Part shown: one piece after another, positions 1-7,461 of the stretch
How positions within the stretch are numbered: position 1 is the first letter of the stretch
How the letters are laid out: each line of letters opens with the position of its first letter
IMG/VR virus record: IMGVR_UViG_3300032239_000289
Span: 1-35,763 of that record
Reading direction: 5' to 3' (one strand)
From: a virus
Taxonomy: Duplodnaviria; Caudoviricetes
Length of the DNA stretch: 35,763 nucleotides
Program-made: the position numbers and the translations under genes
The notes under the pieces: generated by a model
Told to the model about the DNA's origin: nothing
The model's input: the letters and a program-made list of their open reading frames with translations, nothing else
Databases searched by the model: none

Positions 1-330
1 GCGCAACCCTGGACGTGAGTTCTCAGCGGGGCGCGTTACGTACCTTTACGACAAGCAGCATCTCTGGTATGCGTTACCGTCTGGTCGCATTTTGTGCTAC
101 CCGTTCGCTAAGTTTGAAGGTGACGAAATCACGTATGTGAAGGCCGCATGGAAGCCAGCAGCAGATGCCAAAGAATGGCCGAGAGCGCGCTTGTGGCGTG
201 GGCTTGCATGTGAGAACATAACGCAGGCAATCGCGCACGACTTGCTGCGCCATTCTTTACGCCAATTATCCGATACCGTCCTACACGTCCATGATGAAAT
301 CGTACTCGAGTCAAAAAATCCAGAAGCTGA
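1..330 (+). repeat. Terminal direct repeat, left copy
   Basis: Matches 35434-35763; first 117 bp identical, 10 substitutions after that. Confidence 0.98.
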
Positions 331-430
331 TGCAATCAAATTAAACGACGTGATGTGCACTGCGCCTGATTGGGCGCAAGGATTACCATTGAAGGCGGGC
401 GTTAAGATAATGAGCCGCTACGGAAAATAA
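2..430 (+). CDS. polA: DNA polymerase family A, C-terminal part (continues from 33911 across the junction)
   Basis: Motif C VLHVHDEIV and ENITQAIAHD; in frame with the ORF starting at 33911 through the terminal repeat. Confidence 0.95.
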   Translation, partial: RNPGREFSAGRVTYLYDKQHLWYALPSGRILCYPFAKFEGDEITYVKAAWKPAADAKEWPRARLWRGLACENITQAIAHDLLRHSLRQLSDTVLHVHDEIVLESKNPEADAIKLNDVMCTAPDWAQGLPLKAGVKIMSRYGK

Positions 431-456
431 AAAAGCCACCTAGCGGGGTGGCTTTT
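431..456. terminator. Rho-independent, potentially bidirectional terminator after the polymerase
   Basis: AAAAGCCACC-TAGCGG-GGTGGCTTTT inverted repeat with A/T runs on both sides. Confidence 0.7.
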
Positions 457-475
457 CTTACTACAGGAGACTGCG

Positions 476-2785
476 TTGGACTTTATTGAATTTTATACTA
501 AGTTAGCACCAGAGGGTGAAACCGCCGTTATTGTGCGCCAAAAGCCACAGCTGGCAAGCGGTGAGCTGCAGTACCACGCCGACGGCGCTATCAAGTGCAC
601 ATGGCCTGCGTACTTGCCTAGCCACAGCACACGCAAGGATCAAGCGTGGTACGGCAACACCGCGTCGTTCATTATTGACCGCTTCAAAGATGGCCGCGTG
701 TCGGCATCAATCGCTAACTGCGATTACGTGCTCGTCATGGTGCTTGATGACGTAGGCGATCCTGAGAAGGCACCCAACACCCCTCCGCTTGCACCTACGT
801 GGATCATGGAGACGTCGCCCAACTCGTTTCAGTGGGGTTACGCGTTTAGCGATCAGCCGACCAAGGGCGAGTACGCTGCAGCCATTGACGCGATCATCAA
901 GGCGGGTTACTGCGACCCAGGTGCGAATAATCCAGTGCGCAACTTCCGCCTGCCAGGCTCGGTCAATCTAAAGCCAGGCCGCGATCGGTTTGCGTCGCGT
1001 CTGGTCGAGTTCCACCCTGAGCGTGAGTACAGCCTGCCGGAGATATGCGAAGCGTTGGGCGTTCAACCGTCCGAGCCTGAGTCGTTTGCAGTGCGCCCGA
1101 TCCGGCTATCGGATGATGGCGCTGACGACGTGATGGCGTGGCTCTCGAGCCAGAACCTAGTGCTGTCTGCCCCTAATTCTCGCGGGTGGGCGGGCGTCAT
1201 CTGCCCTAACCACGCATCGCACAGCGACGGTAACCCCGAGGGTGGTTACAGCCCGTCAACGCGATCCTACCGCTGCCTGCATGGCCACTGCGTTGACATC
1301 GACTCGCATGTGTTCTTGGATTGGGTGGCTGAGAACGGTGGCCCAAAACACGCGCCAGGCTTACGTGAAGAGCTGCTCGCGTCTGTGATGGATCATACAT
1401 TAGCCAAGCTAACACCGACCGCCGCGTTTCCTGACAAGGGTGCCGAGGTGATCGCCGAGGTCGAAAAGAAGCAGCTCGACCGCGTTGAGAAGGCCGACTG
1501 GTACAGCCGCTTTGCGTACATTCAGACCGATGACGCTTACTTTGACATGCTAGAGCGCCGAGAGCTGGCGCGCAATACGTTCAACGCATTGTTTAGGCAT
1601 GTGACCTGTCATTCATTACATAAGCAGAAAACGCCGCGTCGTATCGAGGCGTCGATTTGCTTTGATGAGAACCGCCAGAAGCAGGGCGCGCTTGCCTTGG
1701 TCGGCATCACCTACGCCGCAGGCGAGTCGGTGCTCGTCTCACGCGAAGGGCAGGTGTACGGCAACCGCTGGCAGGATCGCAGGCCGAAGGCCGTCGCCGG
1801 TGACGTCACGCAATGGTTAGAGCACGTCGAGCGCATGCTGCCGGAGAAATTCGAGCGCGAGCATGTGTTAAACGTCATGGCGTACAAGCTGCAGCACCCA
1901 GAGCGCAAGATCAATCACGCCGTTTTGCATATTGGCCACCCTGGCAGTGGTAAGGACACCATGTGGGAGCCGCTTTTATGGGGTATCGGTGGCGCAACGC
2001 ATGAGAACGTCGCTATCGTGCGTAACGAGGAGATCATGAGCCAATGGGGTTATGCGTTCGAGTCCGAGGTGATGGTGTTCGAGGAGTTGCGCCAAAGCGA
2101 AGCGAAGGATCGCCGCGCGTTAGAAAACCACCTAAAGCCCATCATTGCAGCGCCGCCGGAGTTCCTGCAGGTCAACCGCAAGGGCTTACACCCATACAAA
2201 GCATTAAACCGGCTGTTCGTGCTCGCGTTTAGTAACGAGCGCGTGCCGCTTAGCCTGCCATCGGATGATCGTCGATGGATGGTCGTGTACTCGGATGCGC
2301 CCAAAATGACCGAGGCCGAGGGCGCGTCGATGTGGGCGTGGTACGAGGCCGGAGGCGCGTCGGCTGTCTGCGCATGGCTGTATCAGCGCGACGTCTCAGC
2401 GTTCAATCCTGGGGCCGCTCCGCCGTTGACCGAGGCCAAAATGATTATGGTCGAGCAGGGCAGGTCAACCGCCGAATCTTATCTGGTAGAGATGATGCAC
2501 TCACGTTTAAGCGAGTTTTCAGCCGGTGTCGTGGCGTCGCCGTTCTATGCGTTGTGCGACCGCTTATCGGGCGGCGCACCGTCGGGCACGCGCATACCGC
2601 AGGCTGCACTATTGCACGCATTGAAGGAAGCCGGCTGGGTCGATTGTGGGCGTGTTGGTACGCGTGAATTTCAGACCAAGAAGCATATATTCTGCGCGCC
2701 GGATATGACTGACGTGCCACGTTCAGAGCTTCGCGCTATGGTCGAGGACAAGCCGGCACCGTCAGCAGTTCGCCTGGTCAAATAG
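476..2785 (+). CDS. Primase-helicase (RepB/AEP-like primase N-terminus, Zn-binding middle, SF3/DUF5906-type helicase)
   Basis: MVLDD, ETSPNSFQWG and RNFRLPGS primase-type motifs; CPNHASH...CLHGHC; Walker A GHPGSGKDT; Walker B VMVFEE; FSN...DDRR; TTG start with AGGAG RBS. Confidence 0.9.
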   Translation: MDFIEFYTKLAPEGETAVIVRQKPQLASGELQYHADGAIKCTWPAYLPSHSTRKDQAWYGNTASFIIDRFKDGRVSASIANCDYVLVMVLDDVGDPEKAPNTPPLAPTWIMETSPNSFQWGYAFSDQPTKGEYAAAIDAIIKAGYCDPGANNPVRNFRLPGSVNLKPGRDRFASRLVEFHPEREYSLPEICEALGVQPSEPESFAVRPIRLSDDGADDVMAWLSSQNLVLSAPNSRGWAGVICPNHASHSDGNPEGGYSPSTRSYRCLHGHCVDIDSHVFLDWVAENGGPKHAPGLREELLASVMDHTLAKLTPTAAFPDKGAEVIAEVEKKQLDRVEKADWYSRFAYIQTDDAYFDMLERRELARNTFNALFRHVTCHSLHKQKTPRRIEASICFDENRQKQGALALVGITYAAGESVLVSREGQVYGNRWQDRRPKAVAGDVTQWLEHVERMLPEKFEREHVLNVMAYKLQHPERKINHAVLHIGHPGSGKDTMWEPLLWGIGGATHENVAIVRNEEIMSQWGYAFESEVMVFEELRQSEAKDRRALENHLKPIIAAPPEFLQVNRKGLHPYKALNRLFVLAFSNERVPLSLPSDDRRWMVVYSDAPKMTEAEGASMWAWYEAGGASAVCAWLYQRDVSAFNPGAAPPLTEAKMIMVEQGRSTAESYLVEMMHSRLSEFSAGVVASPFYALCDRLSGGAPSGTRIPQAALLHALKEAGWVDCGRVGTREFQTKKHIFCAPDMTDVPRSELRAMVEDKPAPSAVRLVK

Positions 2786-2821
2786 CGTAGCAAACGCGGT
2801 CATGCGCTTAGGCGCCTGCCC

Positions 2822-2854
2822 AAAAAAAAGGCCCGCCAGAGGAGGATGCGGGCC
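2822..2854 (-). terminator. Terminator of the minus-strand early cassette
   Basis: Minus strand GGCCCGC-ATCCTCCTCTG-GCGGGCC followed by T8. Confidence 0.85.
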
Positions 2855-2877
2855 AAAAACCACAGGGTAAAATCAGA

Positions 2878-2937
2878 TTATAAGCCGAGAAGTATTGCGA
2901 GCATAGCTGCTAGAATCAGTCCGAGAAGCGCGAACAT
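2878..2937 (-). CDS. 19-aa hydrophobic peptide MFALLGLILAAMLAILLGL
   Basis: ATG with GAGGGG RBS; TAA immediately before the terminator element; last ORF of the cassette; too short for the ORF track. Confidence 0.6.
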   Translation of the reverse strand: MFALLGLILAAMLAILLGL

Positions 2938-3173
2938 GCGGACCCCTCGATTTCCTTTATCACGTTATCACGTAGCAGGGCGACGACGTCAACGCCGCCC
3001 GCGTAGGCATGCACTAACCACGCACTGCCGTTATAGCCCACGCCACGATCCGGCGCGCTATATTCGAGAAAACATAGCAGGGTTCCCGTGTCGTACTCGT
3101 ACTCGTACACATGCAAATGTTGCGGCCACCAGGGCGAGTGCGTGTCAATAACAGAGTTCTTAAGCTTGCCCAT
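2916..3173 (-). CDS. Hypothetical protein (85 aa)
   Basis: ORF in a tightly coupled minus-strand cassette, G-rich RBS. Confidence 0.7.
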   Translation of the reverse strand: MGKLKNSVIDTHSPWWPQHLHVYEYEYDTGTLLCFLEYSAPDRGVGYNGSAWLVHAYAGGVDVVALLRDNVIKEIEGSACSRFSD

Positions 3174-3378
3174 TGATGCCCCCCATTCGGTTCATTAGAT
3201 ATTCAGTTGACGTCACAGCGCCCGCGTTGACTAGTTGCGCCGCGTTATATTCGGCGTAGTGCTGGCGCCCGTAACCTGGCCGCACGTAGCAATTTAGCTT
3301 TTGATAGTGTGGCAGGTACGTGACGCCGTTCAAGCGGTACACAATGAAGCTAGCCTTGTCTGTCATTTGATAATTCAT
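3160..3378 (-). CDS. Hypothetical protein (72 aa)
   Basis: ATGA overlap with the upstream gene, GAGGTG RBS. Confidence 0.7.
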   Translation of the reverse strand: MNYQMTDKASFIVYRLNGVTYLPHYQKLNCYVRPGYGRQHYAEYNAAQLVNAGAVTSTEYLMNRMGGINGQA

Positions 3379-3662
3379 GCTGTCACCTCATCCGGTAGTA
3401 TTTCAAATAATGGGATTGATGGATCATATTGCGGCGTACTTGTTTCACTTGCGCCGATATAATCTACCGCTTGCAGCATGTTCAACTTGTCAAAGGCCCG
3501 TATATAGGCCGCCGTTGACATGCTGTCGACCCATACTGGAAACTTTCGTATGTTCTTAGGTTTTGCCGGTTTATAGGGTTTTCTGGCCCGCTTAGTCAAT
3601 TCAAGCTGATCGCGGTCGAATTTAAGCTTGTACGTGGTGCCGTCAATAATTAAGGTTTGCAT
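3375..3662 (-). CDS. Hypothetical protein (95 aa)
   Basis: GGGGGA RBS; coupled to its neighbours. Confidence 0.75.
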   Translation of the reverse strand: MQTLIIDGTTYKLKFDRDQLELTKRARKPYKPAKPKNIRKFPVWVDSMSTAAYIRAFDKLNMLQAVDYIGASETSTPQYDPSIPLFEILPDEVTA

Positions 3663-3674
3663 AAAATCCCCCGT

Positions 3675-3998
3675 TTAAAATTGAACGTAAATAATAGCGC
3701 CCGCTTCGGTTACGCCGATAACGGTCGTTTCATCGTGCAGATAATCTAATACGTTAAGCAGTTCGTTTCCGTCATCTTCGAGGTCGATGGAATAATCGCG
3801 GGCAATATCCTCTGGCAATTGCTCGGATAATTCGCAGCAAAGGGCGATCACGTCGAGTTCATACTCCTCGCCTAAATCGCGCTCTTGGTCTTCTAGATAG
3901 TCGAATATTAGTCCGAGCGCGTCGTAACTGAATTGATCTTTGCGGCCTGCGCGCGCAAATGCGTCCCGAAAATCATAGAGTGATACAGTAGTTTTCAT
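3675..3998 (-). CDS. Acidic hypothetical phage protein (107 aa)
   Basis: GGAG RBS; Asp/Glu-rich; FSYDAL...ELDVIALCCE. Confidence 0.85.
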   Translation of the reverse strand: MKTTVSLYDFRDAFARAGRKDQFSYDALGLIFDYLEDQERDLGEEYELDVIALCCELSEQLPEDIARDYSIDLEDDGNELLNVLDYLHDETTVIGVTEAGAIIYVQF

Positions 3999-4000
3999 GG

Positions 4001-4261
4001 TTAGTTTTCTCCGTAAACGATAGCGAAAATCGGTTCGTGCGTTTTCTTGTCAACAATAACCACATTGTGCCCGTCGTCTTCTATGTCGCCTAATTCAGGG
4101 TTACGGATAAAGCCCGCTTCGCACATTGCCGACAAAATGTCACTCGACGGCGCGTTTATATCTAATTCAACCTTGCCAGCGTTGAACCATTGATTCCACG
4201 TCCAAGAACATGGTTCGTCACTTGCCCACGCTTCGATTGATAATACTTGATAAGATTTCAT
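4001..4261 (-). CDS. Hypothetical protein (86 aa, MKSYQVLS...)
   Basis: Start moved to ATG 4261, which is preceded by GGAGG. Confidence 0.8.
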   Translation of the reverse strand: MKSYQVLSIEAWASDEPCSWTWNQWFNAGKVELDINAPSSDILSAMCEAGFIRNPELGDIEDDGHNVVIVDKKTHEPIFAIVYGEN

Positions 4262-4263
4262 AA

Positions 4264-4422
4264 TTAACCCCTCCAAGTAATTGAAACGATGAACGACAGC
4301 GCGCACGTCAGGCCGCCTAACATGCACTCGCCCGTATTGAACACGTTTTCAACCGCGCCAATAAATAGCAGCCCTAAGCCTGCGCCCGCTAATGCTGCAG
4401 TAATTAAATTAAGTTTTTGCAT
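4264..4422 (-). CDS. Small membrane protein (52 aa, MQKLNLITAALAGAGLGLLFIGAVENVFNTGECMLGGLTCALSFIVSITWRG)
   Basis: AAGGGA RBS; two hydrophobic segments; stop 2 nt before the next ATG; not in the ORF track. Confidence 0.7.
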   Translation of the reverse strand: MQKLNLITAALAGAGLGLLFIGAVENVFNTGECMLGGLTCALSFIVSITWRG

Positions 4423-4448
4423 TTTGATTTTCCCTTGTGGTTTTTATT

Positions 4449-4470
4449 GGCCCGCTTTCGCGGGCCTTTT
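4449..4470. promoter_or_regulatory. Intergenic stem-loop GGCCCGC-GAAA-GCGGGCC (minus-strand reading); terminator-like on the plus strand
   Basis: Perfect 7-bp stem; GNRA loop on the minus strand; T4 follows on the plus strand. Confidence 0.65.
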
Positions 4471-4473
4471 GGT

Positions 4474-4626
4474 TTAATTAAACGACAGGCCAGTAATACG
4501 AAAGCAGGCACCAATAGCAGTTTCAACGTCAATGGTGCCAAAAGGGTGAACAGCCAAAATAGTAACAGTCTGCAATTTGCCGTATACAGTAGTCTGAATT
4601 TTTTGACCGACAGTAGGTTTAGTCAT
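4474..4626 (-). CDS. Hypothetical protein (50 aa, MTKPTVGQKIQTTVYGKLQTVTILAVHPFGTIDVETAIGACFRITGLSFN)
   Basis: AGGGAG RBS; first gene of the cassette; not in the ORF track. Confidence 0.75.
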   Translation of the reverse strand: MTKPTVGQKIQTTVYGKLQTVTILAVHPFGTIDVETAIGACFRITGLSFN

Positions 4627-4746
4627 TTTTTCTCCCTGTTTTGTAAAAGTTTATTTTATACTGCAGATCGATTCTCTCACAAAATAATTAGTTATAAAAG
4701 CTTTTATTGTATAACCTATTAAATTAGTCAAGTAATTGTCGCCAAG

Positions 4747-4956
4747 TGTAGGTAGTTTGAGCGGGCGAAAGTGCCCGCATGAAAAAGCGCGCCGATACTG
4801 GACTTTTTCAGCTTGTGGGTAATTGTAGGTAGTTTTATTTACTGCTTTAAATTTTCCAATTTCATACAGTAGTCTATACAGTAGTTGCCTATTATTTAGG
4901 CAGCGCTTACAGCCAGCGATTTAAACTACCGCCCACAATTGCCTACATTGCCTACA
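4747..4956. repeat. Inverted iteron-like array, putative replication origin
   Basis: TGTRGGTA at 4747, 4814, 4824; reverse YGCCYACA at 4930, 4940, 4949; AT-rich centre. Confidence 0.55.
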
Positions 4957-5009
4957 TAGCTTTTTAATAACACTTGCATGCCCTGATCCGCGTACCCGAA
5001 CCAAAAAAA

Positions 5010-5071
5010 GTGAGTGCTCACTAACATGCAAAGTTAGTGCTCACTAACCTAGTTAGTTAGTGCTTACTAAC
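5010..5071. promoter_or_regulatory. Three tandem near-palindromic protein-binding sites GTKAGTGCTYACTAAC at 23-bp spacing (SlmA-site-like)
   Basis: Copies start at 5010, 5033 and 5056. Confidence 0.75.
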
Positions 5072-5195
5072 ACATAGCTTTTTGGCAATTTTCTTTGGGG
5101 GAGGGGGGTAAGGGCCGCCGCGAACGGCCCTCGAAAACGGAGGGTTCGCAAACAATTTTTTTTTATTTTTAAACTACCCGCAATGACCCCCACGC

Positions 5196-5223
5196 TTGCA
5201 AACTAAAAATTATTTGTTACTAT
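5196..5223 (+). promoter_or_regulatory. Putative sigma70 promoter of the packaging/structural operon
   Basis: TTGCAA-16 bp-TACTAT with extended -10 TGn; predicted +1 at ATG 5230. Confidence 0.5.
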
Positions 5224-5229
5224 GTGAGC

Positions 5230-5679
5230 ATGTTCAAATCAATCCCATTTTCTGTTCGTAAAGTAGAAGCGACTGAGGCGCGTCTTCAGGCGATCTATGA
5301 CGCTGCGGCTTTGGGCTTGAAGGGTGACTCGCTGGCGTTAGCTGCTGGCATGCGTCCAGAAGAATATCGACGGCTGTGTGAGTTTGATCCGATTGCGACG
5401 TTAGCCGAGCAGAAGGGTAGAGCAGACTCCGAAATGGAAGCTAGCAAGCATTTGCGTACAGCGGCCAGAGCAGGCGACGCTAAGGCAGCGTTGGCGATCC
5501 TGCAGCACAGCCACGGCTGGACAGCCAAGCAAGAGATCAGCATCGACGTCTATCAGAAGATCAGTATCACGCAGGCGTTAGAACAAGCCCAAAGCCGAGT
5601 CATCGACGGACTCATCACGGAACAACAACCCCAGACGTTACAAACTACACTGACACATGGCGCAACTGCCGATCTATGA
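5230..5679 (+). CDS. terS: Terminase small subunit (probable)
   Basis: Overlaps terL start; helical HTH-like N-terminus; AGDAKAALAILQH...W motif; alternative GTG start at 5224. Confidence 0.75.
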   Translation: MFKSIPFSVRKVEATEARLQAIYDAAALGLKGDSLALAAGMRPEEYRRLCEFDPIATLAEQKGRADSEMEASKHLRTAARAGDAKAALAILQHSHGWTAKQEISIDVYQKISITQALEQAQSRVIDGLITEQQPQTLQTTLTHGATADL

Positions 5680-7195
5680 TTCCGAGGGCGAGCAGCTCTT
5701 AATGACGCGGTTGTGGGCACCCACGATCGCGGACGATCCAGAAGCGTTCGTACTGTTTGCGTTTCCGTGGGGGCAACCCAACACACCGCTGGCTAAGTTC
5801 AAAGGCCCACGCACATGGCAGCGCAAGGTGCTGCGCAAGATAGCCACGCATCTAAAAAACAATCGCGGGCAAGTTGACATGGACGCCATGCGGGCGGCTG
5901 TCGCATCTGGCCGTGGTATTGGTAAGTCGGCGTTAGTTAGCTGGCTAATCCTGTGGATGCTGACCACTCGCATCGGGTCAAGCGTGATCGTGTCAGCTAA
6001 CAGCGAAGCTCAGTTGCGATCAGTGACTTGGGGTGAGTTGACCAAATGGCAGGCGATGGTCATTAACAACCACTGGTGGGAGATCAGCGCAACTAAGCTG
6101 GTGCCCGCTAAATGGGTGTCAGAGCTAGTCGAGCGCGACTTGAAGAAGGGTACCAGGTACTGGGGTGCTGAGGGTAAGCTGTGGTCGGAAGAAAATCCCG
6201 ACGCGTACGCCGGTGTGCACAACCATGACGGCATGATGCTGATCTTTGATGAGGCGTCTGGTATACCGGATGCGATCTGGTCGGTTGGTGCGGGCTTCTT
6301 CACCGAGCCGATATTGGATAGGTATTGGTTTGCGTTCAGTAACCCGCGACGCAACCAAGGCTACTTCTACGAATGCTTCCACGCTAAGCGTGCGTTTTGG
6401 CACACAGAGAACATCGACTCACGGGATGTCGAGGACACGGACAAGCAGATATATGAGCAGATCATTGCGGAATATGGCGAGGATTCGCCGCAGGCTAGGG
6501 TTGAGGTCTACGGTGAATTTCCATCGGCTGGCGAAGATCAGTTTATTGGTGCGCGTGCTGTCGACGAGGCCGCCGAGCGGCCAAAGTACAAGGATGAAAC
6601 GGCTCCGATTGTTATCGGAGTTGACCCAGCTCGAGGCGGCGCGGACGCCACCGTCATCGTCGTTAGACAAGGACGCGACTTGGTAGCGATCAAGCGGTAC
6701 CACGGCGAGGACACCATGACGACCGTTGGACGGGTGATCGATGCAATTGAAGAGTACCGGCCAGCACTAACAGTCATTGACGAAGGTGGATTGGGTTACG
6801 GAATACTTGACAGATTAAAAGAACAGCGATACAAGGTTCGTGGAGTAAACTTCGGTTGGAAGTCCAGCAAACCCGTCATGTGGGGTAACAAGCGTGCGGA
6901 GATGTGGGGCATGATGAAGGATTGGCTAAAGAGCGCCAGTATCCCGAACGACCGACAACTAAAAGCGGATTTGACCGGCCCGATGAAAAAGCCTGACTCG
7001 TCGGGTACGATCTATCTGGAAGGCAAGAAAGAGATGAAGTCTCGCGGTCTGGCCTCACCGGACGCAGCCGACGCACTAGCAGTGACGTTCGCGTTTCCGG
7101 TGGCTCATCGTGAGTCGAGTTATGACCGCGCAACGCGAGGTGCACCGCGTGCGTACCAACAGCAAACAGCCGCAACGGGATGGATGGGGAACTGA
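5657..7195 (+). CDS. terL: Terminase large subunit
   Basis: Walker A SGRGIGKS, Walker B MMLIFDEASG, FSNP coupling motif, nuclease GVDPARGGAD and SPDAADA. Confidence 0.96.
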   Translation: MAQLPIYDSEGEQLLMTRLWAPTIADDPEAFVLFAFPWGQPNTPLAKFKGPRTWQRKVLRKIATHLKNNRGQVDMDAMRAAVASGRGIGKSALVSWLILWMLTTRIGSSVIVSANSEAQLRSVTWGELTKWQAMVINNHWWEISATKLVPAKWVSELVERDLKKGTRYWGAEGKLWSEENPDAYAGVHNHDGMMLIFDEASGIPDAIWSVGAGFFTEPILDRYWFAFSNPRRNQGYFYECFHAKRAFWHTENIDSRDVEDTDKQIYEQIIAEYGEDSPQARVEVYGEFPSAGEDQFIGARAVDEAAERPKYKDETAPIVIGVDPARGGADATVIVVRQGRDLVAIKRYHGEDTMTTVGRVIDAIEEYRPALTVIDEGGLGYGILDRLKEQRYKVRGVNFGWKSSKPVMWGNKRAEMWGMMKDWLKSASIPNDRQLKADLTGPMKKPDSSGTIYLEGKKEMKSRGLASPDAADALAVTFAFPVAHRESSYDRATRGAPRAYQQQTAATGWMGN

Positions 7196-7196
7196 C

Positions 7197-7460
7197 ATGG
7201 CAACTAAAAAAGGCGTGTCGTTAAGCGTAGGACGAGGTGAAAAGCTGTCCGTCAGTAAAGGCGCGGGGCTGACTGCCAAAGGCCGCGAAAAGTACAACCG
7301 CGAGACAGGCAGCAATCTCAAGGCACCCGCACCGCATCCAAAAACAAAAGCCGACGAGGGTAGAAAGAAATCGTTCTGTGCTCGTATGGAAGGAGTTGTA
7401 CAACACGCTAAAGGCGACGCCGAGCGCGCTAAAGCATCACTTAAACGGTGGAAATGTTGA
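7197..7460 (+). CDS. Small basic protein (DUF6321-like, 87 aa)
   Basis: GLTAKGR...NLKAP...RKKSFCARM...SLKRWKC; ATG directly after the terL stop. Confidence 0.8.
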   Translation: MATKKGVSLSVGRGEKLSVSKGAGLTAKGREKYNRETGSNLKAPAPHPKTKADEGRKKSFCARMEGVVQHAKGDAERAKASLKRWKC

Positions 7461-7461
7461 T

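Noticed and set aside
2846-3151. Plus-strand 101-aa ORF, in frame with the primase past its TAG and preceded by AGGAGG
   Set aside because: Antisense to well-supported minus-strand genes, Arg-rich shadow composition; the AGGAGG is the complement of the terminator loop
5010-5071. Mini CRISPR array
   Set aside because: Repeats are 16 bp with only 7-bp gaps, too short for spacers; the only Cas-like gene is the replication-linked DUF2800 nuclease
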